Below are positions 9,041-17,176 of a stretch of DNA of 64,000 nt, piece by piece. Numbering within the stretch: position 1 is the stretch's first letter; the number at the start of each line of letters is the position of its first letter. The notes under the pieces were generated by a model that made no database searches, was not told where the DNA came from, and saw only the letters and a list, made by a program, of their open reading frames with translations. The stretch spans positions 5,472 to 69,471 of the IMG/VR virus record IMGVR_UViG_3300031420_000496, one strand, 5' to 3'. The stretch is from a virus (Duplodnaviria; Heunggongvirae; Uroviricota; Caudoviricetes). Position numbers and translations under genes: made by a program.

Positions 9041-9114
9041 TGGAGCGGGTATGGGGAATCGAACCCCAGTCTTAAGCTTGGAAGGCTTCAGCTCTACCAT
9101 TGAGCTATACCCGC
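9041..9114 (-). tRNA. tRNA-Gly (UCC)
   Basis: very similar to E. coli tRNA-Gly2 (..CCUUCCAAGC..), CCA encoded. Confidence 0.8.
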
Positions 9115-9122
9115 AAGAATTC

Positions 9123-9262
9123 TGGTGGAGTTGGGTAGGATTCGAACCTACCTAAGCCAGAGGCGCGCCATTTACAGTGGATAACCAATTAGCGAGCGGT
9201 TGTAGAAACAACAAAGATTTGCAATCGATGTTTACGTGGGTTTTCCAATTCCCTACAACTCC
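9123..9262 (-). tRNA. elongated Tyr-like tRNA (~140 nt; loop CUGUAAA, GUA) with ~60-nt insertion carrying hairpin motif
   Basis: acceptor GGAGUUG/CAACUCC, D-arm GGGAAUUGGAAAACCC, Tyr-like variable arm CGCCUCUGGC, T-arm GUAGG UUCGAAU CCUAC. Confidence 0.5.
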
Positions 9263-9449
9263 ATAGTGGTCAATAGCTATTAGAGGTGACCACGTCTCTA
9301 ATACGGTACTCGGTCAAGCGGAAATCGACGAGCCATCCAGGGATTTTTTAATCCGGCCTAAACTGGCACCCTGCGTTTGATCGCTGTACACGCACGTCCT
9401 TCACAATCGAATTACGATCGTCTTTTGTCCATAACGTATACAGCAAACT

Positions 9450-9524
9450 TGGTGGAGGATAACGGGATCGAACCGTTGACCTGATGCTTGCAAAGCACCC
9501 GCTCTCCCAGCTGAGCTAATCCCC
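9450..9524 (-). tRNA. tRNA-Ala (UGC)
   Basis: close to E. coli tRNA-Ala (GGGG.U.UAGCUCAGCUGGGAGAGC), G3:U70, loop UUUGCAA. Confidence 0.8.
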
Positions 9525-9532
9525 CAAATTCG

Positions 9533-9781
9533 TTACCGCTGTTGAAAACAGCGATAGATAAACGTTACCATTTCACGTTCGAGTTCTGCATCGGACAGAC
9601 TGTCGATGTAGTCGTTCGTGAGATGTGCAAAACGCCCTGGGCGTTTGCCTGTGGCAAAATCTGATTGACGACTTTGCGATCCATGTGTCATGATCGGTCG
9701 CGGAGTATCTTCACTGGTACCGAACTCCGCGTCGAAGCGTAACTTCTTGAACAGCGTTTTTGCGTCCATCACATTCTCCAA
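9533..9781 (-). CDS. hypothetical small protein inside tRNA island
   Basis: 82-aa ORF between two tRNAs; no recognisable domain. Confidence 0.3.
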   Translation of the reverse strand: MENVMDAKTLFKKLRFDAEFGTSEDTPRPIMTHGSQSRQSDFATGKRPGRFAHLTNDYIDSLSDAELEREMVTFIYRCFQQR

Positions 9782-9791
9782 AATATAAACT

Positions 9792-9883
9792 TGGCGGAGG
9801 ATAAAGGAATCGAACCCTCACCGAGGGTTGGCCCCAGTGGGACGGATTTCAAGTCCGCGTCTGCACCTTGCAGCCTATCCTCC
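9792..9883 (-). tRNA. tRNA-Ser (UGA), class II
   Basis: acceptor GGAGGAU/AUCCUCC, loop CUUGAAA, long variable arm. Confidence 0.7.
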
Positions 9884-9980
9884 ATATCTGTCACAGCACT
9901 CCGACGACTAACTCGTATTTTTTCAACGTTCTTCATCGTGCTGTGTCTGGCCACGTATTGCTACGTAGCTTCGCGAATTC

Positions 9981-10054
9981 TGGTACCCACGAGTGGAATC
10001 GGACCACTGTATCTGCAATGTCAATGCAGCGCTCTGCCATTGAGCTACGCGGGC
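9981..10054 (-). tRNA. tRNA-Val (GAC)
   Basis: acceptor GCCCGCG/CGUGGGU, loop UUGACAU, CCA encoded. Confidence 0.8.
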
Positions 10055-10059
10055 AAATC

Positions 10060-10125
10060 TGGTGGAGCGTAGGGGACTCGAACCCCTCCTACCGCAGTGC
10101 AAGTGCAGCGCCTACCCCTGTAAAC
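10060..10125 (-). other. truncated tRNA-like element (T-arm and CCA present, 5' half too short)
   Basis: GGGGUUCGAGUCCCC T-arm and encoded CCA but only ~60 nt. Confidence 0.3.
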
Positions 10126-10241
10126 ACCCCATAATCAAAGCGCACTCAAGTGTGCTGCTTACACTAAACTCATTGAGTTCCCTTTGTCCACGCGATTCGG
10201 GTCGTCCTGATGGACGGGACTACAAGAGTACGCTTTGATTA

Positions 10242-10324
10242 TGGTGCACGCCACTGGAATCGAACCAGTTCAGCCAAAGGCCACTGCTTTACAGGCAGCT
10301 TATCTCTCCAAGGATAGGACGTAC
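10242..10324 (-). tRNA. tRNA-Tyr(GUA)-like
   Basis: acceptor GUACGUC/GGCGUGC with two G-U pairs, loop CUGUAAA, 13-nt variable arm. Confidence 0.6.
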
Positions 10325-10332
10325 AAAATGTG

Positions 10333-10557
10333 TTACCACTTCAAAATTCGACGAGCACAATTCAGAATTGCTTGTGCAAGATCGCTTTGATTTTTTACGC
10401 CAGCACATTGAAGCGCTGCCGCAATTTCAAACTTGGTCATGTCTGCGTGAAGCAGACGTTTTACTTGTTCAGCTTTGCCGTCGAAGTGATCCGAAAACTT
10501 TTCGATCGTAAGATCAATCGCTTGTGCGAATGCTGCTGTTACCCTGACGTCTGCCAT
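10333..10557 (-). CDS. hypothetical protein
   Basis: 74-aa ORF, no domain recognised. Confidence 0.4.
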   Translation of the reverse strand: MADVRVTAAFAQAIDLTIEKFSDHFDGKAEQVKRLLHADMTKFEIAAALQCAGVKNQSDLAQAILNCARRILKW

Positions 10558-10784
10558 AATATTCTCCAGTTGATGAGAGAATTATACATCACAACGAATT
10601 TAAAGCACACTGTTAAAAGCGTCGCAGCTTTATCTGTCCGTCTCACACCGGCCGATTTACTCGGCCATGTTTACCATTCCAGTGTACCAAATCAATATGC
10701 ACTGTGCGAGAAAGGAGTTGAACCTTTCATGCGCTAATGTATAGCTGTTCTTACCACTTGAACTATCGACAGTGCATATTGATT

Positions 10785-10860
10785 TGGTGGTTCCTGCAGG
10801 AGTCGAACCTGCGACCTAATGCTTGTAAGGCATCCGCTCTACCAGCTGAGCTAAGGAACC
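10785..10860 (-). tRNA. tRNA-Val (UAC)
   Basis: acceptor GGUUCCU/AGGAACC, loop CUUACAA, CCA encoded. Confidence 0.8.
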
Positions 10861-11429
10861 AAATCGAACTGTTAGGGTACTAAGTATCCGCATAGACTAA
10901 AGCGTCGTACGGGTAACGTTTTGCTAACAGTTCAGTTTTGCTCACGCTGAAGTGGCGACAAGTAGCTTTATGGCCATTATGTAGGTAACGATTGACATTC
11001 GGTCGCGAACGACAAAACTACTAATCAACCATACTGTGTACGGCCCCTATAACTGTTCGTCTCGCCCTGACGGGCTTACTGCGACGTTCACAGCATTGAG
11101 GTTTCATCCATCGGTGCGTCAGCACATCCAGGAACTCTTGTTGCTTTCAGCGTGAGCTGTTGGCATCTAAATTGTTAAAGACCAGTTTCGTACTGCAGCG
11201 TTTTGTGCAGTTTGGTTTTAATCATTATACCGTGTTTTTCGAAGTCTGTGTGATTTATTTTTCGTTCATCACTCAGTTTGTTTCGTCAAACGAGGAAAGC
11301 ATTATAACATGTTTTCCGAACTTGTACATCTTTTTGCAACCGGCTTTTCGCTGTCGCGATCAGTCAGTCGAGGAAAGCATTCTACCAGGTCAATCTAAAC
11401 TTGTACAACTTTTTTTGAACCATAAAGAA

Positions 11430-11465
11430 AAAGGGACCAAACTCGCGTTGGGTCCCTTTTGGATT
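11430..11465. terminator. bidirectional intrinsic terminator hairpin
   Basis: AAAAAGGGACC-aaactcgcgtt-GGGTCCCTTTTTGG: 7-bp GC stem flanked by A-tract and T-tract. Confidence 0.6.
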
Positions 11466-11658
11466 CTAGTCTATCGACTGAACTTACATCAGGGACCTCA
11501 TACTACCGTACACCGCAGGCGCGCAGACATACCCACTACCCGAAGGGAGTGATGTCAGCAAGGCGAGGGTGGAGAGAGTTTTCACGGAAGATAGTTCCTT
11601 CAGTTTGTTTGTCATAGTAGAGTTATATATGGGAATTTTCAAAACTTCCATATTTTCT

Positions 11659-11892
11659 TCAACGCGAATTTGCTACACGTTGGACTGATGCATGAACCTG
11701 TGCAATCTTCGCATCAGATTTTCTTGCAGCAGTGTCAAGGGCTTTCACGTCCTTGGCAGTAGAAGCGTGCTCACGTGCGACCGATGCTAACCTGGCCGTA
11801 GTTACTTTCTCGCGAGCTGCCATCTCCTTTACTAGCCGGGTCAGGCACTTCACTTCTTTTTCAAGTTCTGCGATACGCTCTTCTGGAGTCAT
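11659..11892 (-). CDS. hypothetical coiled-coil protein
   Basis: 77 aa, heptad-like charge pattern. Confidence 0.5.
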   Translation of the reverse strand: MTPEERIAELEKEVKCLTRLVKEMAAREKVTTARLASVAREHASTAKDVKALDTAARKSDAKIAQVHASVQRVANSR

Positions 11893-11894
11893 GA

Positions 11895-12551
11895 TTAACC
11901 GTTCAGTTCGATCACGTTGGTTTTGCTGAGGTGCTTGAATGGGCCACGGTAGAATCCGCCATCCATGATCGGCATTTCCATTTCAGCGTGGCCGCCAGCA
12001 TTCACCTGGACAATTGCTCCGTAGAACATTTGCCCGTTGCTGAACGTCTTCCAGGCTTTGTCGAACACCTTGTCGTGGTCTTCATTGTCCTGGTCAAAGC
12101 CTTCACCGAATGCATCTTCGAACTTGTTGTCCCATTCGTCGTTGAACTCGTTGTCACCGATCCAGACGTCAAACCCGAGCAGAAGCATATCCTGCTTCGT
12201 GTCATAGCCAACCCATACTGGGGTTGACTCTTCTACATCGCATTCGATTTCGAATGATCGGTCGCTTGGTTCCGGAAGATCAGTTCCAGCCGTGTTGAAC
12301 TCAACTTCGACATTGATCGGTTCGTGTTTCAGGAAACGCTGGGCAACACGGATTGCGTCATCCAGTGCAGGACCGTGTTCACCATCCGATGTGAACAGTT
12401 CGTCGCCACCGAAACGAAGGCGACCTTTCTTTGCGAAGGCCTTGATTGCTTTCTTGTATTGTGACGGGAAGAACTCGACAACGTCTTTGAGTTCAACTGG
12501 GTCATCTCCGAGTGGAGCTGCTTCTTGTACAACGAGGTCTGTGAGTTTCAT
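11895..12551 (-). CDS. hypothetical acidic protein
   Basis: 218-aa ORF, tight spacing. Confidence 0.55.
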   Translation of the reverse strand: MKLTDLVVQEAAPLGDDPVELKDVVEFFPSQYKKAIKAFAKKGRLRFGGDELFTSDGEHGPALDDAIRVAQRFLKHEPINVEVEFNTAGTDLPEPSDRSFEIECDVEESTPVWVGYDTKQDMLLLGFDVWIGDNEFNDEWDNKFEDAFGEGFDQDNEDHDKVFDKAWKTFSNGQMFYGAIVQVNAGGHAEMEMPIMDGGFYRGPFKHLSKTNVIELNG

Positions 12552-12589
12552 TTGAATCCTGGATTATTGAACGACAATGGTTCTATTTA

Positions 12590-12901
12590 TCAAGACAGAA
12601 GATTTGCAACCGCTTGTGGAACCATGTCGAGCAATTCTACCACTCGTTGAGAAGCCATCGGAAAACGATACTTCAGGTCAAACACAACCACTTCCGTTGC
12701 CACGAATATTTCGCTCTTTGTTGGATCGAGCGGCAACGTGCTTCGCTCCAATGCGGATTCGAGCGCTGCCTGAATTTCTTCAGGCAGCTGGACGAAGATT
12801 TCCGGCAACGTCATTTCGGTATTAGCCATGAAGGATTTGCTGTGCCGCTGCGCCCGATACGATCTGAAGACCGCTCGTGTTTTGGTTGTAAGATTGTTCA
12901 A
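12590..12901 (-). CDS. hypothetical protein
   Basis: 103-aa ORF in minus-strand operon. Confidence 0.45.
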   Translation of the reverse strand: MNNLTTKTRAVFRSYRAQRHSKSFMANTEMTLPEIFVQLPEEIQAALESALERSTLPLDPTKSEIFVATEVVVFDLKYRFPMASQRVVELLDMVPQAVANLLS

Positions 12902-13148
12902 CGTCGCGTGGCACTGCGTAGTGGGCCATGATGCCTGCAGTTTGCAGAACGATGTCGCCTTCGTTGATGATGGTCCATGGATAGAACTGACAGACCATTC
13001 CGCCTTCAGGATTTTCTTTGGACTTCGGCACGATCTGCATAACCATCATGAGCGGGTCTTGCACAGTCAGAGTGCCATCAGGATTTTCCGACACGACCTT
13101 TGCCACCAGCTCGTCGCCGGTTGTGAGTTTGATACCTTTGATTTGCAT
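12822..13148 (-). CDS. hypothetical protein
   Basis: 108-aa ORF. Confidence 0.45.
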   Translation of the reverse strand: MQIKGIKLTTGDELVAKVVSENPDGTLTVQDPLMMVMQIVPKSKENPEGGMVCQFYPWTIINEGDIVLQTAGIMAHYAVPRDVEQSYNQNTSGLQIVSGAAAQQILHG

Positions 13149-13163
13149 TATGTGTTTCCTTGA

Positions 13164-13508
13164 TTAGTCGAAAAAGTACCAGTCAAGCGCTTGCGTGACG
13201 TTGAGTTCTTTTCCAGTGGTTGCTTCTTTGACTACGAGAATGTAGCCGAGACCTGTTGGCGTGAAGCTGTATGTCACTCCGCCGCCAATCGCACCGTAGT
13301 ACGGTTCATCATCGCCGAGCGGACCCGGTCCTTGGATGGCCATGATTTCCGGTTTCAGTTCTTCAAGCCATTGGCGAATGACTTGCTCTTCCGCGTCGAG
13401 TACGCGGATGATGCGCGCTGGCTGATCGAAGTTTTCGCCGTACTTGGCGATGAGTTCTTCTTTCAACTTCTTGCGCTTTGTCAGAATGTTATTGAATGCG
13501 TCAGTCAT
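13164..13508 (-). CDS. hypothetical protein
   Basis: 114-aa ORF. Confidence 0.5.
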   Translation of the reverse strand: MTDAFNNILTKRKKLKEELIAKYGENFDQPARIIRVLDAEEQVIRQWLEELKPEIMAIQGPGPLGDDEPYYGAIGGGVTYSFTPTGLGYILVVKEATTGKELNVTQALDWYFFD

Positions 13509-13807
13509 GATACGTCAGGCTTACGGTAAAATGCTTTGACGTTGTCAACGATGAAGCTGCGCCAACCCTGACGGTCGAGCGAGTAGACGTGGAGGAGGTG
13601 ATTTTGTTCGGTGCGAGCTTCGAGTTCTCGTTCCGATTCAGGCAGAAGCCTTTCGTCAAGAGTGCACTCCATGACGGCTGGTGTACCGTCTTTCTTCGTG
13701 AACTCGACAATCCAGCTACCATGCTTGAGCTTGTTGCGGTAATCCTCGCGAAGGCCGGATGGGTTACCTTCCCACTTGTCGATGAGAATCTGGACGATGG
13801 AAGTCAT
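13505..13807 (-). CDS. hypothetical protein
   Basis: 100-aa ORF, ATGA overlap with neighbour. Confidence 0.5.
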   Translation of the reverse strand: MTSIVQILIDKWEGNPSGLREDYRNKLKHGSWIVEFTKKDGTPAVMECTLDERLLPESERELEARTEQNHLLHVYSLDRQGWRSFIVDNVKAFYRKPDVS

Positions 13808-13980
13808 TCGCGCCCCGTCTTTGCCATGATGCCGGCAACAAATTCTTCGATCATGGTGCTGAGAGTGTCTTCGTCGAGTTCCCCAAGCGCGACTGCAACA
13901 GGTGCAGCATCACCAGGAACTTCGATGTAAACGTGTTCAGGTATTTCAAAAGGCTGAATTTTAATTTTCAATGTGGCCAT
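13804..13980 (-). CDS. hypothetical small protein (58 aa, below track cutoff)
   Basis: MATLKIKIQPFEIPEHVYIEVPGD.. ; stop overlaps next start (ATGA). Confidence 0.35.
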   Translation of the reverse strand: MATLKIKIQPFEIPEHVYIEVPGDAAPVAVALGELDEDTLSTMIEEFVAGIMAKTGRE

Positions 13981-13996
13981 TGTTTTCTTTCAAAGT

Positions 13997-14305
13997 TTAG
14001 AGCTTGAGATTTTTGGACAGCTCGTTCAACTGAGCCATTTCCGCTTTAGTTGCCTTGTCGCCAGGGATGAGGCATTTCTGAGCCAGGTCACGTGTCATCA
14101 TGCGCAGTCCAGCTTCGTTTAGCTTGGATGCGATGATAACCTTTTGCTGGCTCGGAGTTGTGTCGATCTGCGTGAAGAAAACATACTGCGCTCCCGTCCC
14201 ACGTTTTGGTGTTGGGTAGAAAGCGTCAGTGAATAGTCCAGCCGCAACCGGCGACAGCTTTGCCTTGTACCACAGTCGTTCGACAACTTCTTTTTCTCGT
14301 TTCAT
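13997..14305 (-). CDS. hypothetical protein
   Basis: ORF from MKREKEVV. Confidence 0.45.
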   Translation of the reverse strand: MKREKEVVERLWYKAKLSPVAAGLFTDAFYPTPKRGTGAQYVFFTQIDTTPSQQKVIIASKLNEAGLRMMTRDLAQKCLIPGDKATKAEMAQLNELSKNLKL

Positions 14306-14449
14306 GATAGGTCCTTTAGTGATGGTTAGATGCCAAAGAACCATTGTACCATGAATCTCGTCAACGTTGACAAAATAACAATGTTACAGTACGGCAACAG
14401 CATCCAGAATTATATTCTATTTACTGTTGCCGAAATGTCATTTTTCGCG

Positions 14450-14749
14450 TTATGCCAGAGCGCGAGCAGCTTCCCACTGTGCTGCCGCTTCTTCCTTCAT
14501 CGCGAACAGATCAGCCAGTGCTACGTTGGCTTCGCGGCGGAGTGCATCGCGCTGTTCGCGCAGAGCTTCAGCCGCACGATAGTTAGCCCAGTATGCGGTG
14601 TGATCGCGGTACGACGTCTTGCCGAACAGGCTCGCAGCGTCCTTGAATTCTTGACGCAGCTTGCGCGATTCTTCCGTCAGGCGATTGTAGTTAGCTTTCC
14701 ATTCAGCGCGGGCAGCCAGGTAGGTTTCTTTGGAGTTGAAGTTCGTCAT
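14450..14749 (-). CDS. hypothetical protein
   Basis: 99-aa Ala/Arg-rich ORF. Confidence 0.45.
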   Translation of the reverse strand: MTNFNSKETYLAARAEWKANYNRLTEESRKLRQEFKDAASLFGKTSYRDHTAYWANYRAAEALREQRDALRREANVALADLFAMKEEAAAQWEAARALA

Positions 14750-14751
14750 GA

Positions 14752-15276
14752 TTAGTTTCCTTTAAGTTTGTTGATGATGTTACGACCGACTTTGTTGAGT
14801 GCCTTGAATTTGATCTTGAAAGACGTGCTTTCAATACCTCCGAACATTTCAGCGTTGGCATGAAGTTCACTGAGTGCCGTGAGCAGAAGTGCTGGTGCGA
14901 GGTCCATGCGATCGTATCCAGCAGCGTCCGCTGGCTTGATCGTGTGCATGTCCATATCTCGCTGGATGAGTTCGGCGATCTGCTCACTTCCGCCGTTGAC
15001 TCGCCAGATCGCTGCGCTGATGCGCGCGTGGTCTGGAAAGTGTTGGCGACCTTCATCGTCAACGGTTACACAATACGGCTTGCCGCAATCGTGGTAGATG
15101 TGGTACTGCTCCATGATTTCTGCCGGTGGGCAGAGTGGCAGCAGGTAATCCAGATCGAACCAGTCCGGCAGTCGCCATTCCATTTTCTGTTCGCCAATGA
15201 GGTCTTTGTATCGGGCCGCAACGGCTTCGCCATGCTGGAGGATCGTTTGACCCTTCGACTGACTACACGACGACAT
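14752..15276 (-). CDS. hypothetical protein, possible HD-domain phosphohydrolase
   Basis: H..HD..H..H..D-like spacing (QHGEAV, YHIYHDCGKP, FPDHARIS); weak. Confidence 0.45.
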   Translation of the reverse strand: MSSCSQSKGQTILQHGEAVAARYKDLIGEQKMEWRLPDWFDLDYLLPLCPPAEIMEQYHIYHDCGKPYCVTVDDEGRQHFPDHARISAAIWRVNGGSEQIAELIQRDMDMHTIKPADAAGYDRMDLAPALLLTALSELHANAEMFGGIESTSFKIKFKALNKVGRNIINKLKGN

Positions 15277-15309
15277 CTTTTCGCGGAGAACCTAGAGGTG
15301 ATGAGCGTT

Positions 15310-15345
15310 CATTTGCATTTCCTTATTTGTCAGCTAATGCTTATA
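15310..15345 (-). promoter_or_regulatory. conserved ~33-bp promoter/leader-like motif (copy 1)
   Basis: TTCCTTATTTGTCAGCTAATGCTTATATTTCT; near-identical copy at 47903-47938, both just upstream of a minus-strand start. Confidence 0.45.
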
Positions 15346-15352
15346 TTTCTTG

Positions 15353-15590
15353 TTAGTCGAACAGCGTATGCAGAGCGTGGTACGTGTCGTCGGTATCGTA
15401 ATCGCCGCAACCCATGTAACGACTCCAATGGACTTTGATCTGCCCGTCTTCCATGGAAATCGATTGGATATGTTTCTCTTCAAACGTACCAGTTCCCCAG
15501 CCAAAGATTGGCGGAGTGATTCTCGACTTGTCGATCGACTCGATCAGTTCTTGATACAGGGAGGCAATCGCCTCGGCTTGGTTGAGGTTC
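15353..15590 (-). CDS. hypothetical protein
   Basis: ORF from MNLNQAEAIASLYQ. Confidence 0.45.
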
Positions 15591-15948
15591 ATTGCTGTTC
15601 TCCTTGGGTAGGCAGACGCCAGAGCTGCAAGCCCTTTGTCAAATGTCGTTGGTCTTCGGTGAGGATGCATGCGATCGCGGTCAGTCCCCATTCCTGGTAC
15701 GGCTCGTGAAATTCGGCTGTAGGAATGCCTGCATCGTTCAGCTTCTGGCGGAGCGATTCAAGTTGCGACTTGTTTTTGATCGTGAGGTGAATGTACGACG
15801 GGTGGTGATCCACTGGTCGGCCATACGTGTAGGCGTGTTCAACGGCAGCGTGGCCGGCTTGAATAGCCTGTTGCGCGAGTGGGAGGTCTCGGCGCGAGAT
15901 GGTGTAGAGGTACGTCTTTTGCGGTTTGGAAATCTAGAGCTTATGCAT
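15589..15948 (-). CDS. PTH2-like peptidyl-tRNA hydrolase with in-frame TAG at codon 5
   Basis: RRDLPLAQQAIQAGHAAVEHAY matches PTH2 core VVRTDLKMGKGKIAAQCSHAA; RBS AGGAT then ATG CAT AAG CTC TAG followed in frame by the domain; no canonical start downstream of the TAG until past the motif. Confidence 0.55.
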
Positions 15949-15983
15949 GATATATCCTAAGTGTGGTGGTCCCATTTTACGGG

Positions 15984-16015
15984 CTCGGCAAGGGACCTCG
16001 GCCGAGTTTTATTTA
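15984..16015 (+). terminator. intrinsic terminator-like hairpin (plus orientation)
   Basis: CTCGGC-aagggacctcg-GCCGAG followed by TTTTATTTAT. Confidence 0.4.
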
Positions 16016-16074
16016 TACGAAAAAATTGCTATAAAAATAAGTCCAGTGTGCTGATACGCCAAATGCTCTAAGGG

Positions 16075-16320
<246 letters not shown>

Positions 16321-16389
16321 TTTTATAACAACTTCATACTGCGTGTTCCATAAATACCTGATTCGATTCTAACACAAACAGGATATTAC

Positions 16390-16653
16390 GTGAGCCTACT
16401 TAAAGAACTAATTCAACTGAACGAGGAAATCAAGGGTCTTGGCGATCCGTCATTCTACAAGGTCAAGAACGTTGAAGAATATACGGACAACGGCAAGAAA
16501 CGTGTCAAGTTCAAAGGTTACAAAAAGCGTAACGGCAAATTCGTTTCAGTCGGATACTTCTCCGCACCAGCCGGTACACCCGAAGACAAACTCTGGAAGG
16601 AAATCGACAAACACTTCCAGAAGCATGACGACGGGGTAGAAGACGACGATTAA
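16390..16653 (+). CDS. hypothetical protein (plus strand, GTG start)
   Basis: RBS AGGAT before GTG; Lys-rich 87 aa with acidic tail; convergent with small minus ORF. Confidence 0.45.
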   Translation: MSLLKELIQLNEEIKGLGDPSFYKVKNVEEYTDNGKKRVKFKGYKKRNGKFVSVGYFSAPAGTPEDKLWKEIDKHFQKHDDGVEDDD

Positions 16654-16815
16654 CGCTTCAGCAAAGCCTTAGCATCCTCGATTGCTCCATACCAGAACTC
16701 GCCGCCATCATCGCAGCAATCGAGGTGATCCACACAGCCCACATTGTGGGCTTCTTTCATTGCGGCAACCAGTCGTTCGACCATTGCCTCCAGTTCTTGT
16801 TCACGCGTCATTTGA
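16645..16815 (-). CDS. hypothetical small Cys-containing protein (56 aa)
   Basis: MTREQELEAMVERLVAAMKEAHNVGCVDHLDCCDDGGEFWYG.. Confidence 0.3.
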
Positions 16816-17176
16816 AAATTCTTGCGATCAGGTTGAAAATCGAAATGCCGAGTCTCACGTTCGCCTTCGATGCTCGTGCTTCAGCGCGAAGTTCTGCTCG
16901 CTCTGCTCTGGCTTCTCGCCGAGCTTGAGCAGGCGTAAGTCCGCTGTTGATCAACTGTTGCACTCGCACTTCATGGTCCACGTCATCCTCCGTTAAGTTC
17001 AGTGACGGCCGGAGCTAATCCCGGCATGTGATACTTTATCAGGAATCCCGCATCTCACTTTCATGAGGCAGCTTCGGACGCCAAGGAAGAGTTGTATGCG
17101 TCCACCCTTATGAACCGCTTCTCCGGTCTGTATCACAACCACAAGTTTCGCGTATTAGCTTACGCATTCGTCACAT

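Noticed and set aside
176-9205. TGGATAACC cores of the recurrent hairpin resemble DnaA boxes (TGTGGATAA), which could suggest an oriC-like origin
   Set aside because: Only two copies reach 8/9 matches. The copies are spread over 9 kb and sit inside transcribed tRNA-like genes. The conserved complementary 3' half points to an RNA hairpin rather than a DnaA array.
3597-9262. Group I introns in the elongated tRNA genes
   Set aside because: The insertions are only about 45-90 nt, far below group I intron size. They lie between the D-arm and anticodon arm rather than in the anticodon loop.
141-10134. Track ORFs inside the tRNA island (141-332 plus, 3167-3448, 4445-4648, 5012-5302, 5735-5941, 7378-7605, 8397-8816, 9791-10134 and others)
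   Set aside because: They run across tRNA genes and have no start context. They are tRNA-complement shadow frames.
14345-14449. Intergenic TTGTCA/TTGACG…TACAAT sigma70-like promoter
   Set aside because: Spacer lengths (10 or 19 nt) are off for a canonical promoter. It may still be a phage promoter but cannot be supported from sequence alone.
16682-16996. Plus-strand 104-aa ORF (His/Arg/Ser-rich)
   Set aside because: Low-complexity translation and no RBS. A better-formed 56-aa minus ORF with start context overlaps it.
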